Shown here: positions 1 through 9,147 of the stretch, piece by piece | Layout: every line of letters begins with the position of its first letter | Numbering within the stretch: the first letter of the stretch is position 1 | Source of the DNA: Candidatus Latescibacterota bacterium | GTDB lineage: Bacteria > Latescibacterota > UBA2968 > GCA-2709665 | Assembly (NCBI GenBank): GCA_963667175.2 | Contig: CAXXXF010000016.1 | Coordinates: forward strand, 160,001 to 224,000 | Direction of reading: 5' to 3' | DNA: 64,000 nt | Notes under the pieces: generated by a model | Database searches by the model: none | What the model was told of the DNA's origin: nothing | The model's input: only the letters and a program-made list of their open reading frames with translations | Program-made: the position numbers and the translations under genes

Positions 1-170
1 GTACGAGTCTCTTCAACTATCAAGTCACGGCCCGCGTCTGGGCCACGATCCGGGCCCTCAATAATCCTGAAGTTCAGGTGTTCTAGGAATTCACGAGCAA
101 ATAACTCGAATTGATCGCGGTTATGTCCACCCGACGAACTGGCGATTTCCTTGAAGTCAAAAATTGGCAT
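1..170 (-). CDS. Mrr-like restriction endonuclease (PD-(D/E)xK), 5' part only; gene runs off the window edge
   Basis: Manual translation from ATG at 170: MPIFDFKEIASSSGGHNRDQFELFAREFLEHLNFRIIEGPDRGPDAGRDLIVEETR. FE..A..L and GPDxGxD motifs are typical of Mrr_cat-type nucleases; GGGGAGGG RBS upstream. Confidence 0.75.
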   Translation of the reverse strand, partial: MPIFDFKEIASSSGGHNRDQFELFAREFLEHLNFRIIEGPDRGPDAGRDLIVEETR

Positions 171-363
171 TTGTTGGTCACCCTCCCATAAGAAGTGACG
201 GCCAAATCCACAAGCCACCGAGCAACCAGCCGTCACCGGCCCTTCGACAGACTTAGGGCGCCGGCACGACTCCTGCCTGCCTGTCGCGAAATTCGCGGCG
301 CATGCAGAGCTGAACAACGCGAAGCCACGCCAGGTAGGTTCATCTACTCATCTAAGCCATTTT

Positions 364-969
364 TCAGGCTGTTGCCAAGTGACTGGCCATTTCACGGCCA
401 TATTGCGAAATCGCCCGAAATAGAACCTCTTCGATACCCCAATTGCGTTGGTTGTCGTCAAACCAACTCAATGCTTGAACAAAGTCATCCCGGGTGTATT
501 TTTTTCGTTTCCAAAGATGCTCGAAATCTCCAATAGAAATATTGTCGATCCAGCGAATCTTCCATTCCACAGCAGTCGCTTCTTCAGGATTAGCAACATT
601 TCCCCAAAATAACCGCCGTTTTTCATCGTCAATTATTGCTGATGAAACGTGAATTTGAAAATTTCTGAGCTCCCGTACGACACATAGCAGCGGCTGACCG
701 GAAGTATTCAGTCTATGTTTGGGGCGTGTATGTTGGACATCCTCAATGGAAACGAGTTCGGTTAAGGCTGCACGAATGAGGGCACCTTGAAATCGGTCTT
801 CATTCCGATTTTGTCCTCCGATCTTGCTTATGAATTCAAGAGAATTCTCAATGCGATCAAGAATCTCCGGCTCGACTCCCAACGACTTCTTAATGCTATC
901 TTCAAGAGTAAGGAAGACATGACCTCGGTCAATTGTAGTGAGATTATTGAAATCCATTGAAATGGTCAT
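364..969 (-). CDS. Hypothetical protein with HEPN-like R-x4-H motif
   Basis: 201-aa ORF from ATG 969; helical-looking, with RELRNFQIH motif. Confidence 0.65.
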   Translation of the reverse strand: MTISMDFNNLTTIDRGHVFLTLEDSIKKSLGVEPEILDRIENSLEFISKIGGQNRNEDRFQGALIRAALTELVSIEDVQHTRPKHRLNTSGQPLLCVVRELRNFQIHVSSAIIDDEKRRLFWGNVANPEEATAVEWKIRWIDNISIGDFEHLWKRKKYTRDDFVQALSWFDDNQRNWGIEEVLFRAISQYGREMASHLATA

Positions 970-1819
970 GATGAGCTCCGTATATTTGCTTTCAACAACT
1001 GGTGGACCGGTACAGACGCTGGCTACCACCGTTTGAGTCTCAACGTACCTTGGCTAGGTCAGTCTCACAAATGGGGACTGAGCGACGGTACCGGTGGGCT
1101 CGTGCCGCTTCCCGCCAACTTGCCGTAAGGTCGGTTTTGAGTTTGTTTCATTTACTAAAAACCGCTATATTGGCTCTTGTCAACGTCCTTGCAGCCTCCG
1201 CATGTCGGGTGGCCTGCCGAATAAAAGAGCCGCTTATCAAAGTGGCGGGTCGCTCCCGTCTCTGGCGAATAAGCAGGAACCTTCCCGCATACAAACTGCG
1301 AGGATGTTGACAACCACCTGGCACCTTATAACAGGTGCCGAGAGGAAGTCCATACTCATGGTTTGGGGGAGGTTTCGATGTCTCGCTCTCGTTGGGTTCT
1401 TTCCAGTTTCTCAATAGCTCTGTTCGTGGCCGGGTGTGCCAAGGGTACGGTTTGGGTGAAGCCTCGAACGAATCTCAGTGATCTTAAGCGTATTACTGTC
1501 CTACCTTTTGAAAGTAATAAGCCTGGGCTGGGAGATGAGATCTCAAACAGAATGGCGACAGCTCTACTTCAACTAGGTCATTTCGATGTCTCCGATGCGG
1601 CACGCTTTCAGTCAGGTGAAGGCGCCGTGTCGTCCAATGCGGTTTTTGACGGCTCCGATGCGGATGCTGTCATGACAGGCTCAATCCGAAGGTACGGAAA
1701 CTGGTTCACTGGCAAGGACATGAACATTGACGTCAAGCTGACGAGTAGTACCTATTGACTTCTAATCCTGGGCGTGCTTATAGTTTGATGTCTCCCCTTA
1801 AGAGGAAGGAGCCATCGGC

Positions 1820-2275
1820 ATGCCAAAGAAATACGTTGTGCGTCTGAGTCCCGAAGAACGTGAGTGTCTGGAGGATCTGGTAAACAAAGGCAAGACGCAA
1901 GCCTACCGAATCCGGCACGCCCACATCCTCCTGAAGGCGGATGCGGAGGGTCCGGCGTGGCTGGATCGTCAGATCACGGAGGCCTTTTCGTGCAATCGGT
2001 CTACGGTTGAGAACATCCGTAAGCGTTTTGTGTTGGGTGGCCTGGAATCGGCCCTTGACCGAAAGAAGCGCGCGCATCCACCCACCGAGAGAAAGCTGGA
2101 TGGGGCCAAGGAAGCCCGCTTGATCGCGTTGGCTTGCAGTGAACCCCCAAAGGGGCGTAAGCGGTGGACGCTGAAGCTGTTGGCCGATGAGCTTGTGGCC
2201 TTAGAGGTCGTGGAAAGCATCTCCTACCGAACGGTGCAGAGGACGCTAAAAAAAACAAGCTTAAGCCTCACCTGA
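1820..2275 (+). CDS. IS630 transposase OrfA (HTH domain); fused to OrfB by -1 frameshift at A8 (2248-2255)
   Basis: RAHILL..., GRKRWTLKLLA and ISYRTVQRTLKK motifs; the -1 shift gives LKKNKLKPHLRKCWVIPP. Confidence 0.92.
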   Translation: MPKKYVVRLSPEERECLEDLVNKGKTQAYRIRHAHILLKADAEGPAWLDRQITEAFSCNRSTVENIRKRFVLGGLESALDRKKRAHPPTERKLDGAKEARLIALACSEPPKGRKRWTLKLLADELVALEVVESISYRTVQRTLKKTSLSLT

Positions 2276-2286
2276 GAAAGTGCTGG

Positions 2287-2955
2287 GTGATCCCGCCCGA
2301 GCGGAACGCCGAGTTTGTCGCCGCGATGGAGGATATCTTAGACGTCTATCAACGGCCGTATGATGCCTCGAGGCCCGTGGTCAATATGGACGAACACCTG
2401 GTACAATTGGTCAAGGAGACGCGGTTTGGGGTCGCAACACGTCCTGACAGCCCCCAACGCTTTGACTACGAGTATGAACGGAACGGAACCGCCGTGAACT
2501 TCATGTTCACCGAAGCCCTTTCGGGCTGGCGCAAGGTGAGCGTAAGACAACGCAAGACCGCACGGGACTGGGCACACGAGATCAAGGCGCTTCTGGATAT
2601 ACACTACCGTGAAGCCGAAACCGTCGTGTTGGTGTGTGATAACCTCAACACGCACAAGCCTGCGGCACTCTACAAGGCCTTCCCACCCGAAGAAGCGCGA
2701 CGGCTGGCCAGGCGTCTCGAAATCCACTACACACCCAAGCACGGGAGCTGGCTCAACATTGCAGAGATCGAACTGAGCGTCTTGAGCAGCCAATGCTTGA
2801 AGGAACGCATCCCCGATATCGAATCCCTCAAAGAACAGACTTCCGCCTGGATGAACGATCGCAACAACAAATGCCAGACCGTCGATTGGCGGTTCACGAC
2901 CGACGATGCTCGCATCAAACTGAAAAGGCTGTACCCAGACTACGCCGAAATTTAG
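2287..2955 (+). CDS. IS630 transposase OrfB (DDE domain)
   Basis: NMDE, VCDNLNTH and YTPKHGSWLNIAEIE motifs. Confidence 0.92.
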   Translation: MIPPERNAEFVAAMEDILDVYQRPYDASRPVVNMDEHLVQLVKETRFGVATRPDSPQRFDYEYERNGTAVNFMFTEALSGWRKVSVRQRKTARDWAHEIKALLDIHYREAETVVLVCDNLNTHKPAALYKAFPPEEARRLARRLEIHYTPKHGSWLNIAEIELSVLSSQCLKERIPDIESLKEQTSAWMNDRNNKCQTVDWRFTTDDARIKLKRLYPDYAEI

Positions 2956-3217
2956 GCGTCAATGGGTAGTAGATCAGGCGGCATTGTCTGGACGTGTAAC
3001 TACAAGACGGACTGGGCCTTCACGGGACTGGGAACAGAAGGGTCCTTAGCCAGTAAAATCGTAAAGGAGGTTGTTAAGAGATTCAGGGAGAGCGCTGGCC
3101 GTTAGGTTTCCGCGATACTTCAGTAGAAAAGCCCTGACGCAACAGACTTGCTTGGCATCAGTCGTCATCCATTATATCGCCATTGCATGCAATGAAGGAA
3201 CAGAATCCGGTGTGAAG

Positions 3218-3515
3218 GTGGGGCAGACATTCCTGTCTGCCCTTCTCATTATGCTTCTCTCGGAACGCAGACTGAAGTGTGGCTAGGGCCGAAGTTGAAA
3301 TCCCCCCACCGCATCAGCCGTCGCCTGACGGCTCGGCTTCTGCGACTCCCCCTCAAGAGGGGAGTGATTCGACCGCCAATCGGGATCGCGCGCTTACGAC
3401 CACCGATATGGTTGTGCCTGAGCATTGCGAAGCCGCGCCAGGTAGGGGCAGGTTTGAAACCTGCCCCTGTAGTTTGTTTCGATGTACGTGAGCAGACAGG
3501 AATGTCTGCTCCCCC
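3218..3515. repeat. REP-like palindrome cluster (inverted REP pair enclosing a GTAG-type REP)
   Basis: GTGGGGCAGACATTCCTGTCTGCCC (3218-3242) and its near reverse complement (3491-3515); GTAGGGGCAGGTTTGAAACCTGCCCCT (3442-3468); CTCCCCCTCAAGAGGGGAG hairpin near 3346-3364. Confidence 0.75.
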
Positions 3516-4474
3516 CTTCGATTGAGGTGACGCTTGAAGTCATAATCCAAGAATTCAGTATGGCCGTGGCACGTTTAACGGCTGCTTCTGTCAAATTCGA
3601 GCCTGTCCGCCTGCTGATTGAGTTCGGCCAACGCCTCTTCGGCATACTCAAGGGATTCTCGCAGCCTTTCTGTACAGTCGAATTCACGGTCGATAAATTC
3701 ACCTGAATCCTCGATCTCCGATTGAGCCACAACGCCTAACCTAATCAAGAATAGAGTGCTGCTCTCGCGACGGAAAAGACACCTGAAGTTCTACAAAATA
3801 AATAGAAACATTAAGTTAATACGTCCAAAGATTGAGACTGAATTGCTCTAACCACAGCTCGGCCGTCCTTAAGGACGGCTCGAATATGACTCTCCAAGTC
3901 CGCCGCGGTTCGTGCATACGCGCCAATATACCCGGAACGCAGAAGGCCAAGGAAACCCTCTTGGCGAAGGTACCTTCCGTCTAAAGAATCGTAAGTAATT
4001 CGGAAGGCGCCTCGTGGTCCGATAAATTTGGGATCGCGGCGAAGAATATCGAAGTGGTCCACAGGGATTGTCACAGGGCTTTTACCCAATGTTGCATCGC
4101 GTCTCACAAACCTAAGGTAGAAAACTTGTGGATTAATTCTGTATTCGAGTGGTCCGGAAGAATGCGTTTGGCTAAAGCGTTTCATGCGGCTCAGTTCTGC
4201 CTTTAGCTGATCATCGGGACGATATATCCAATCCGTCTTATGACCATTATAGTCTGGCTCCAACATCTTATATTGCACCATCACGATGTTTCGCTTGACG
4301 GCATTAAGGTAGATTAAATCGACACCGAATACATGTTCAAGCGGTAGCCTATTGGCCGTGATAATTTCGAGGAATTCGCCACTATTTTGGAAAATCGCCC
4401 TACTACCTATTGACTTCTAATCCTGGGCGTGCTTATAGTTTGATGTCTCCCCTTAAGGGGAAGGAGCCATCGGC

Positions 4475-4930
4475 ATGCCAAAGAAATACGTTGTGCGTCT
4501 GAGTCCCGAAGAACGTGAGTGTCTGGAGGATCTGGTAAACAAAGGCAAGACGCAAGCCTACCGAATCCGGCACGCCCACATCCTCCTGAAGGCGGATGCG
4601 GAGGGTCCGGCGTGGCTGGATCGTCAGATCACGGAGGCCTTTTCGTGCAATCGGTCTACGGTTGAGAACATCCGTAAGCGTTATGTGTTGGGTGGCCTGG
4701 AATCGGCCCTTGACCGAAAGAAGCGCGCGCATCCACCCACCGAGAGAAAGCTGGATGGGGCCAAGGAAGCCCGCTTGATCGCGTTGGCTTGCAGTGAACC
4801 CCCAAAGGGACGTAAGCGGTGGACGCTGAAGCTGTTGGCCGATGAGCTTGTGGCCTTAGAGGTCGTGGAAAGCATCTCCTACCGAACGGTGCAGAGGACG
4901 CTAAAAAAAACAAGCTTAAGCCTCACCTGA
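4475..4930 (+). CDS. IS630 transposase OrfA (HTH domain)
   Basis: Identical to 1820..2275 except one F->Y change. Confidence 0.92.
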   Translation: MPKKYVVRLSPEERECLEDLVNKGKTQAYRIRHAHILLKADAEGPAWLDRQITEAFSCNRSTVENIRKRYVLGGLESALDRKKRAHPPTERKLDGAKEARLIALACSEPPKGRKRWTLKLLADELVALEVVESISYRTVQRTLKKTSLSLT

Positions 4931-4941
4931 GAAAGTGCTGG

Positions 4942-5610
4942 GTGATCCCGCCCGAGCGGAACGCCGAGTTTGTCGCCGCGATGGAGGATATCTTAGACGT
5001 CTATCAACGGCCGTATGACGCCTCGAGGCCCGTGGTCAATATGGACGAACACCTGGTACAATTGGTCAAGGAGACGCGGTTTGGGGTCGCAACACGTCCT
5101 GACAGCCCCCAACGCTTTGACTACGAGTATGAACGGAACGGAACCGCCGTGAACTTCATGTTCACCGAAGCCCTTTCGGGCTGGCGCAAGGTGAGCGTAA
5201 GACAACGCAAGACCGCACGGGACTGGGCACACGAGATCAAGGCGCTTCTGGATATACACTACCGTGAAGCCGAAACCGTCGTGTTGGTGTGTGATAACCT
5301 CAACACGCACAAGCCTGCGGCACTCTACAAGGCCTTCCCACCCGAAGAAGCGCGACGGCTGGCCAGGCGTCTCGAAATCCACTACACACCCAAGCACGGG
5401 AGCTGGCTCAACATTGCAGAGATCGAACTGAGCGTCTTGAGCAGCCAATGCTTGAAGGAACGCATCCCCGATATCGAATCCCTCAAAGAACAGACTTCCG
5501 CCTGGATGAACGATCGCAACAACAAATGCCAGACCGTCGATTGGCGGTTCACGACCGACGATGCTCGCATCAAACTGAAAAGGCTGTACCCAGACTACGC
5601 CGAAATTTAG
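4942..5610 (+). CDS. IS630 transposase OrfB (DDE domain)
   Basis: Protein identical to 2287..2955. Confidence 0.92.
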   Translation: MIPPERNAEFVAAMEDILDVYQRPYDASRPVVNMDEHLVQLVKETRFGVATRPDSPQRFDYEYERNGTAVNFMFTEALSGWRKVSVRQRKTARDWAHEIKALLDIHYREAETVVLVCDNLNTHKPAALYKAFPPEEARRLARRLEIHYTPKHGSWLNIAEIELSVLSSQCLKERIPDIESLKEQTSAWMNDRNNKCQTVDWRFTTDDARIKLKRLYPDYAEI

Positions 5611-6605
5611 GCGTCAATGGGTACTACCAGTCAGATCACTATCCATTAGCTTGAATCCTGGAACCGTTCTGGCGTCGTGTTCTATGACTGAATCTTCATG
5701 AACCTTAACAACCTTATTCCGCCAATACTCACTGTCCCGGCTATACGAGGTCTCAACTCGATTGAGTGCAGTTTCGCGGTGGTCTGCCGAACTAACCAAG
5801 AGGGCGGACGCGGATGCCGGCAACCCAAATGCCTTAAGCGAAAGATCGACTGCATCTTGCTGAAGTGCGCTATTACCCGAATACGTCTTCGGTGATTCTA
5901 TCTGTTCAATTACAGCCTGCATTGCTTTTTGATTTGCATCAATCGCTGCGAGCGCCTTGATCAAATGTACACTCAACTTGGGAGACAATGGTATCACTGG
6001 CTCTTGGGATTCAAGTCGACTACGCAGAATTGCCTTGAGCGATGATTCTGTTACAAGACTCAAAATTCCTTCCTCGGTTGGCGGATGCACCTTACGGACA
6101 GCCGAAAATTTAATGCGACTGTCTAGCGTCGTAACCGCGGTACATGACTTCACTAATCCGATATAAGCCTCGGTGTCACCTATTGGCATCTTCCCGATTA
6201 GTATTCCAACAGAGAGGTCGCGCACCTTTTCAGTTAGGGAATGGATACGAGCAATCGTAAACTGTTGGATTCGGTTGGCGTATTCGAGAGCTCCCCATTC
6301 CTCTTGTGAGAAACGGTAGATTACCAGCGGTTTCCGGCCAACCAAATTTGTGATTGTATTGATCCATCGCATGCGAATACCTTTCCAAGTGCTAGATTTC
6401 CGTACACGCAATTAACCTCAGATCGGTCGCGCCTCTGACACACCTGACGCAAGTAGACCGCTGGTTTTGAGGGCAGCAGAGAAAATAAATCTTGCCCTTT
6501 GTCAACTATAAATCTACCTTCCTGCTGTTTACGTTTTTGCGGTTGGAGATTCATTGTCAACCACGGCATCGCCAAATTGAATTTGGTCAATTAAGGAGAA
6601 TCCGT

Positions 6606-6815
6606 ATGCCTATCGAGCCGACCCCATCCGAATTCGAAGTGTTGCACAACGATCTTGCTGAAATAAAAGCCTTGCTGGTATTGTTGATAGAGGTGAACGG
6701 CGGAAGCGTAGCATTAGAGGACCGGCATTTAAAGGATACCATCAAGAACGCTGAGAGAGACGAACTTCATAATGTTGCAGCCATGTTAAAACCACTCCTG
6801 AAAAATCCAGAATAA
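6606..6815 (+). CDS. Small hypothetical protein (69 aa)
   Basis: ATG at 6606 with AAGGAGAA RBS; MPIEPTPSEFEVLHNDLAEIKALL... Confidence 0.6.
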   Translation: MPIEPTPSEFEVLHNDLAEIKALLVLLIEVNGGSVALEDRHLKDTIKNAERDELHNVAAMLKPLLKNPE

Positions 6816-6825
6816 CCAGCCCCGC

Positions 6826-7116
6826 TTACGTCGTCAGTTCCTCGTATTTCACTCGTTTACCGATCATGCCGGCTACGACATCTGCCATCTGGTCGATGGT
6901 ATCTAGATCTCGGATGTTGTGCCCGCTCGTGAATTTATCGACGTATCGGTGCAGGTGCTTTCCCGACAACAATCCATGGTACATCTTGTTCCGGATGATT
7001 TGATGTACGACCTTGTACTTCGCGACACCATCCTCAAGGGCCGCGTGTGCCCTTGCAAGTTTCGCACAGGACCAGGCTATCTGCTCGCGTACCGTCGTGG
7101 GAACTGGTATAGCCAT
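6826..7116 (-). pseudogene. Chimeric remnant: N-terminus of an HNH-nuclease-like gene fused to the C-terminus of an IS1595-family transposase
   Basis: C-terminal KHLHRYVDKFTSGHNIRDLDTIDQM...GKRVKYEEL resembles the IS1595 transposase tail; the N-terminus is unrelated to it. Confidence 0.6.
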
Positions 7117-7356
7117 GACTTAGTCTTCATCGAAACCGATGTTAGGCAAGAGACAGTGCAACCGGTTCTTCTGTCCAATTCTCTTGTGGCCGTCTCCGCA
7201 GCAATGGACCTCACGGGCTCGATGCGTCACCGAGCCGGTTTCAGTATGCGGTATAGCGTTTCCGGAAACCCCTGTAATCCGACGCCGCATCCCTTCTGGC
7301 AGGCTCCATCCAAAGCCGCCGCAACCGTTCGCTGAAGTGTTCTGCTGAGCGATAAT

Positions 7357-8350
7357 TCATTCCCATTCACTCCCATCAAGTTTCTCGGCGACCTCCGAAG
7401 CGTCGACAAAGTCTCCGATTTCTTCTTTCAAATTGACGAACCTTCTGCCAAATAATCCACCAGACGATGACTTGGTGTAATTGGTTTCTATTGGGTTGCC
7501 GCAGAAAAAGCGGTGGCCCGTTTCGACTCTGTAACCGCAACGTCTTTTCGCTTCACCAATAACAGTAATAATCTTGCCGTCATACTCGTCGGTGTCTCGA
7601 CCCTGTATCAAGGTCTTGTCGAGTCGCCTACCGTCATAGTCAACATCATACACACTTTCAATCTTCCAAAGCACTCGAACTGCTTTGTTTGTGTAAATCC
7701 CCACATAGTCATGCTTTCGATATCCACGGTCAGATGGATCAAAATAGATCCCATGCTCCCGATTGATTTCAAAGCTTATTCCACACGGAACGATTCTCAT
7801 CAAAAACCTTGATTGATCGACCAGACCGGTTTCATTGCAATAATCAATGTAGTCATCGGCTAACGATTGCATATTCTGCAAAAAGCTTCCCAAGTGCCGT
7901 GCAAATCGTTTCGTATGTCGTACTGCAAAACACGACACTTGGATACTTGCTCCTGATAGTTTCTGAAATCCTATCTTTATCCCTTTCGTCGATCTCTTGT
8001 CTGGTCAAAAGCAACAAAATCTGTTGTGACTCGCCTTCAAAGCCCCGTGCATGGCGAAGTAGCTGCTTCTCGCTAAACCCTTGATCGACCTTTGATTCAA
8101 TCAATATCTTGAAGCTCTTCTGTATAATCGCTCCATCTGGAATCGAATTCTTCGCACGCGTCTGTTGGTTTATTTCGACCCCGATTTCAATGGGATCGCC
8201 GGTGACATCCATTATGCCAGTGACATCAGTCAGAAACCTCGACGCGCGTGAGGCGGAATACTCATAGATTCGTGCCAAGAGCTGTAAGGTATTGTTTGTT
8301 ATTGTGTTTTCAGCTGAAGAATAACGTTGAAAGTAGTGTATTTTCGACAT
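7357..8350 (-). pseudogene. PD-(D/E)xK nuclease-like protein split by a frameshift near 7870
   Basis: ORF 7853..8350 (SIPDGAIIQ..ILIESK) overlaps ORF 7357..7938; LFAEY|MQSLADDYIDYC reads as one continuous protein. Confidence 0.7.
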
Positions 8351-8479
8351 GCGTTTTCCCCACTCTAAGGGCTAAACTGACAGGCTGTACTACTTGCACT
8401 CGGGTCCCCCGCGTCTACCCGGCGGGCGGTTAGTGAAGCGCTTCCATCGACGACTGGAATTGGACCGCAATGCTTCTTT

Positions 8480-8878
8480 CTACAGGCGGCGGACGTCGGG
8501 CAGGGCGGCCATCTTTTGGTCGAGCGTGAGGACTTGCATTCCAGCGCGTGAATAGTCGTCGGCGATAAGCCGGTCAAACAAGCCGGCGCCGCCGCAAGCA
8601 TGAAGGGCTTCGATAACCGAGCGCCCGTTCAGGGGGGAGACCAGGCCGCTGCCCAGCGCGTCGAGCAAAGAGGTTCGCGCATCGGCTTTCGATACGCCAT
8701 AGTGGTGCTGTACCGCCACGTAGGTCTCTCCGACGACCTGGTTTGAAACGAAGATTTCATGGCCGTGCTCGCGGACCAGCGCGCCAAGTTTGCTTACGCA
8801 ATACACGAAGTGTTCTTCCGGATCTCTGGTGAGCAACCGCACGAGGACTGACGTGTCAATCCCGAAGCGACGGGTCAT
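8480..8878 (-). CDS. vapC: PIN-domain toxin (VapC family)
   Basis: IDTSVLVR, VVGETY, GLFDRLI and LTLD motifs; overlaps the upstream antitoxin. Confidence 0.85.
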   Translation of the reverse strand: MTRRFGIDTSVLVRLLTRDPEEHFVYCVSKLGALVREHGHEIFVSNQVVGETYVAVQHHYGVSKADARTSLLDALGSGLVSPLNGRSVIEALHACGGAGLFDRLIADDYSRAGMQVLTLDQKMAALPDVRRL

Positions 8879-9098
8879 ACGATTTCTCCCGGAATTTCTG
8901 GAGATCAAACGTCCCACGTCCGCGCCGGATCTTGTCGCGAAGCGTACCGAGACGGGAAAGATCAATCCGTCTGGGCTTCAGCGCGAACCCGTCGGGGCCT
9001 TCTACGATCTCGAGCTGGTCGCCCGGGCCCACCCCCAGGGCGTCGAGCACCCGCGCAGGAAAGGTGACCTGGCGTTTTGACGTGATTTTGACAATCAT
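8856..9098 (-). CDS. AbrB/MazE/SpoVT-family antitoxin
   Basis: KITSKRQVTFPARVLDALGVGPGDQL swapped-hairpin motif; AAGGAG RBS. Confidence 0.85.
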   Translation of the reverse strand: MIVKITSKRQVTFPARVLDALGVGPGDQLEIVEGPDGFALKPRRIDLSRLGTLRDKIRRGRGTFDLQKFREKSYDPSLRD

Positions 9099-9106
9099 GC
9101 CGCATC

Positions 9107-9146
9107 TCCTTACTATTAATATAATAAAGTAAGGCAAACAGGTCAA
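9107..9146 (-). promoter_or_regulatory. sigma70-type promoter with inverted-repeat operator of the AbrB-VapC operon
   Basis: Minus strand reads TTGACC...TATATT; CCTTACT...AGTAAGG inverted repeat overlaps it. Confidence 0.6.
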
Positions 9147-9147
9147 G

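Larger units (their letters stand above)
1749..2968 (+). mobile_element. IS630-family insertion sequence, copy 1 (1220 bp)
   Basis: Terminal IRs TACCTATTGAC / GTCAATGGGTA; flanking direct repeat GTAG at 1745-1748 and 2969-2972; HTH and DDE ORFs inside. Confidence 0.95.
1378..3105 (+). pseudogene. Lipoprotein (CsgG/LpoB-like fold), interrupted by IS630
   Basis: Lipobox FVAGC and ITVLPF motif. Removing 1749-2972 restores the frame: DVKLTSRSGGIVWTCNYK...RFRESAGR, stop at 3103-3105. Confidence 0.8.
4404..5623 (+). mobile_element. IS630-family insertion sequence, copy 2 (1220 bp)
   Basis: Same IRs as copy 1; flanking direct repeat CTAC at 4400-4403 and 5624-5627; I saw about 4 substitutions versus copy 1. 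Confidence 0.95.
3811..6372 (-). pseudogene. ~445-aa PD-(D/E)xK-type nuclease, interrupted by IS630 copy 2
   Basis: Removing the IS plus one CTAC joins ORFs 5614..6411 and 3811..4284 in frame: SDLTGRAIFQNSGEFLEIITANRLPLEHVFGVDLIYLNAVKRNIVMVQYK (E..D..QxK motif). Confidence 0.8.

Noticed and set aside
1749-5623. Composite transposon formed by the two direct IS630 copies
   Set aside because: Each copy has its own flanking direct repeat and interrupts a different gene, so they are independent insertions.
6497-6518. GGTAGATTTATAGTTGACA as an IS1595 terminal repeat
   Set aside because: No partner repeat found and the orientation does not fit the transposase remnant; may be a promoter element.
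3734-7147. Integron attC sites (GTTAGGC/GCCTAAC at about 3734 and 7141)
   Set aside because: No matching inverse core at a suitable distance and no integron integrase seen.
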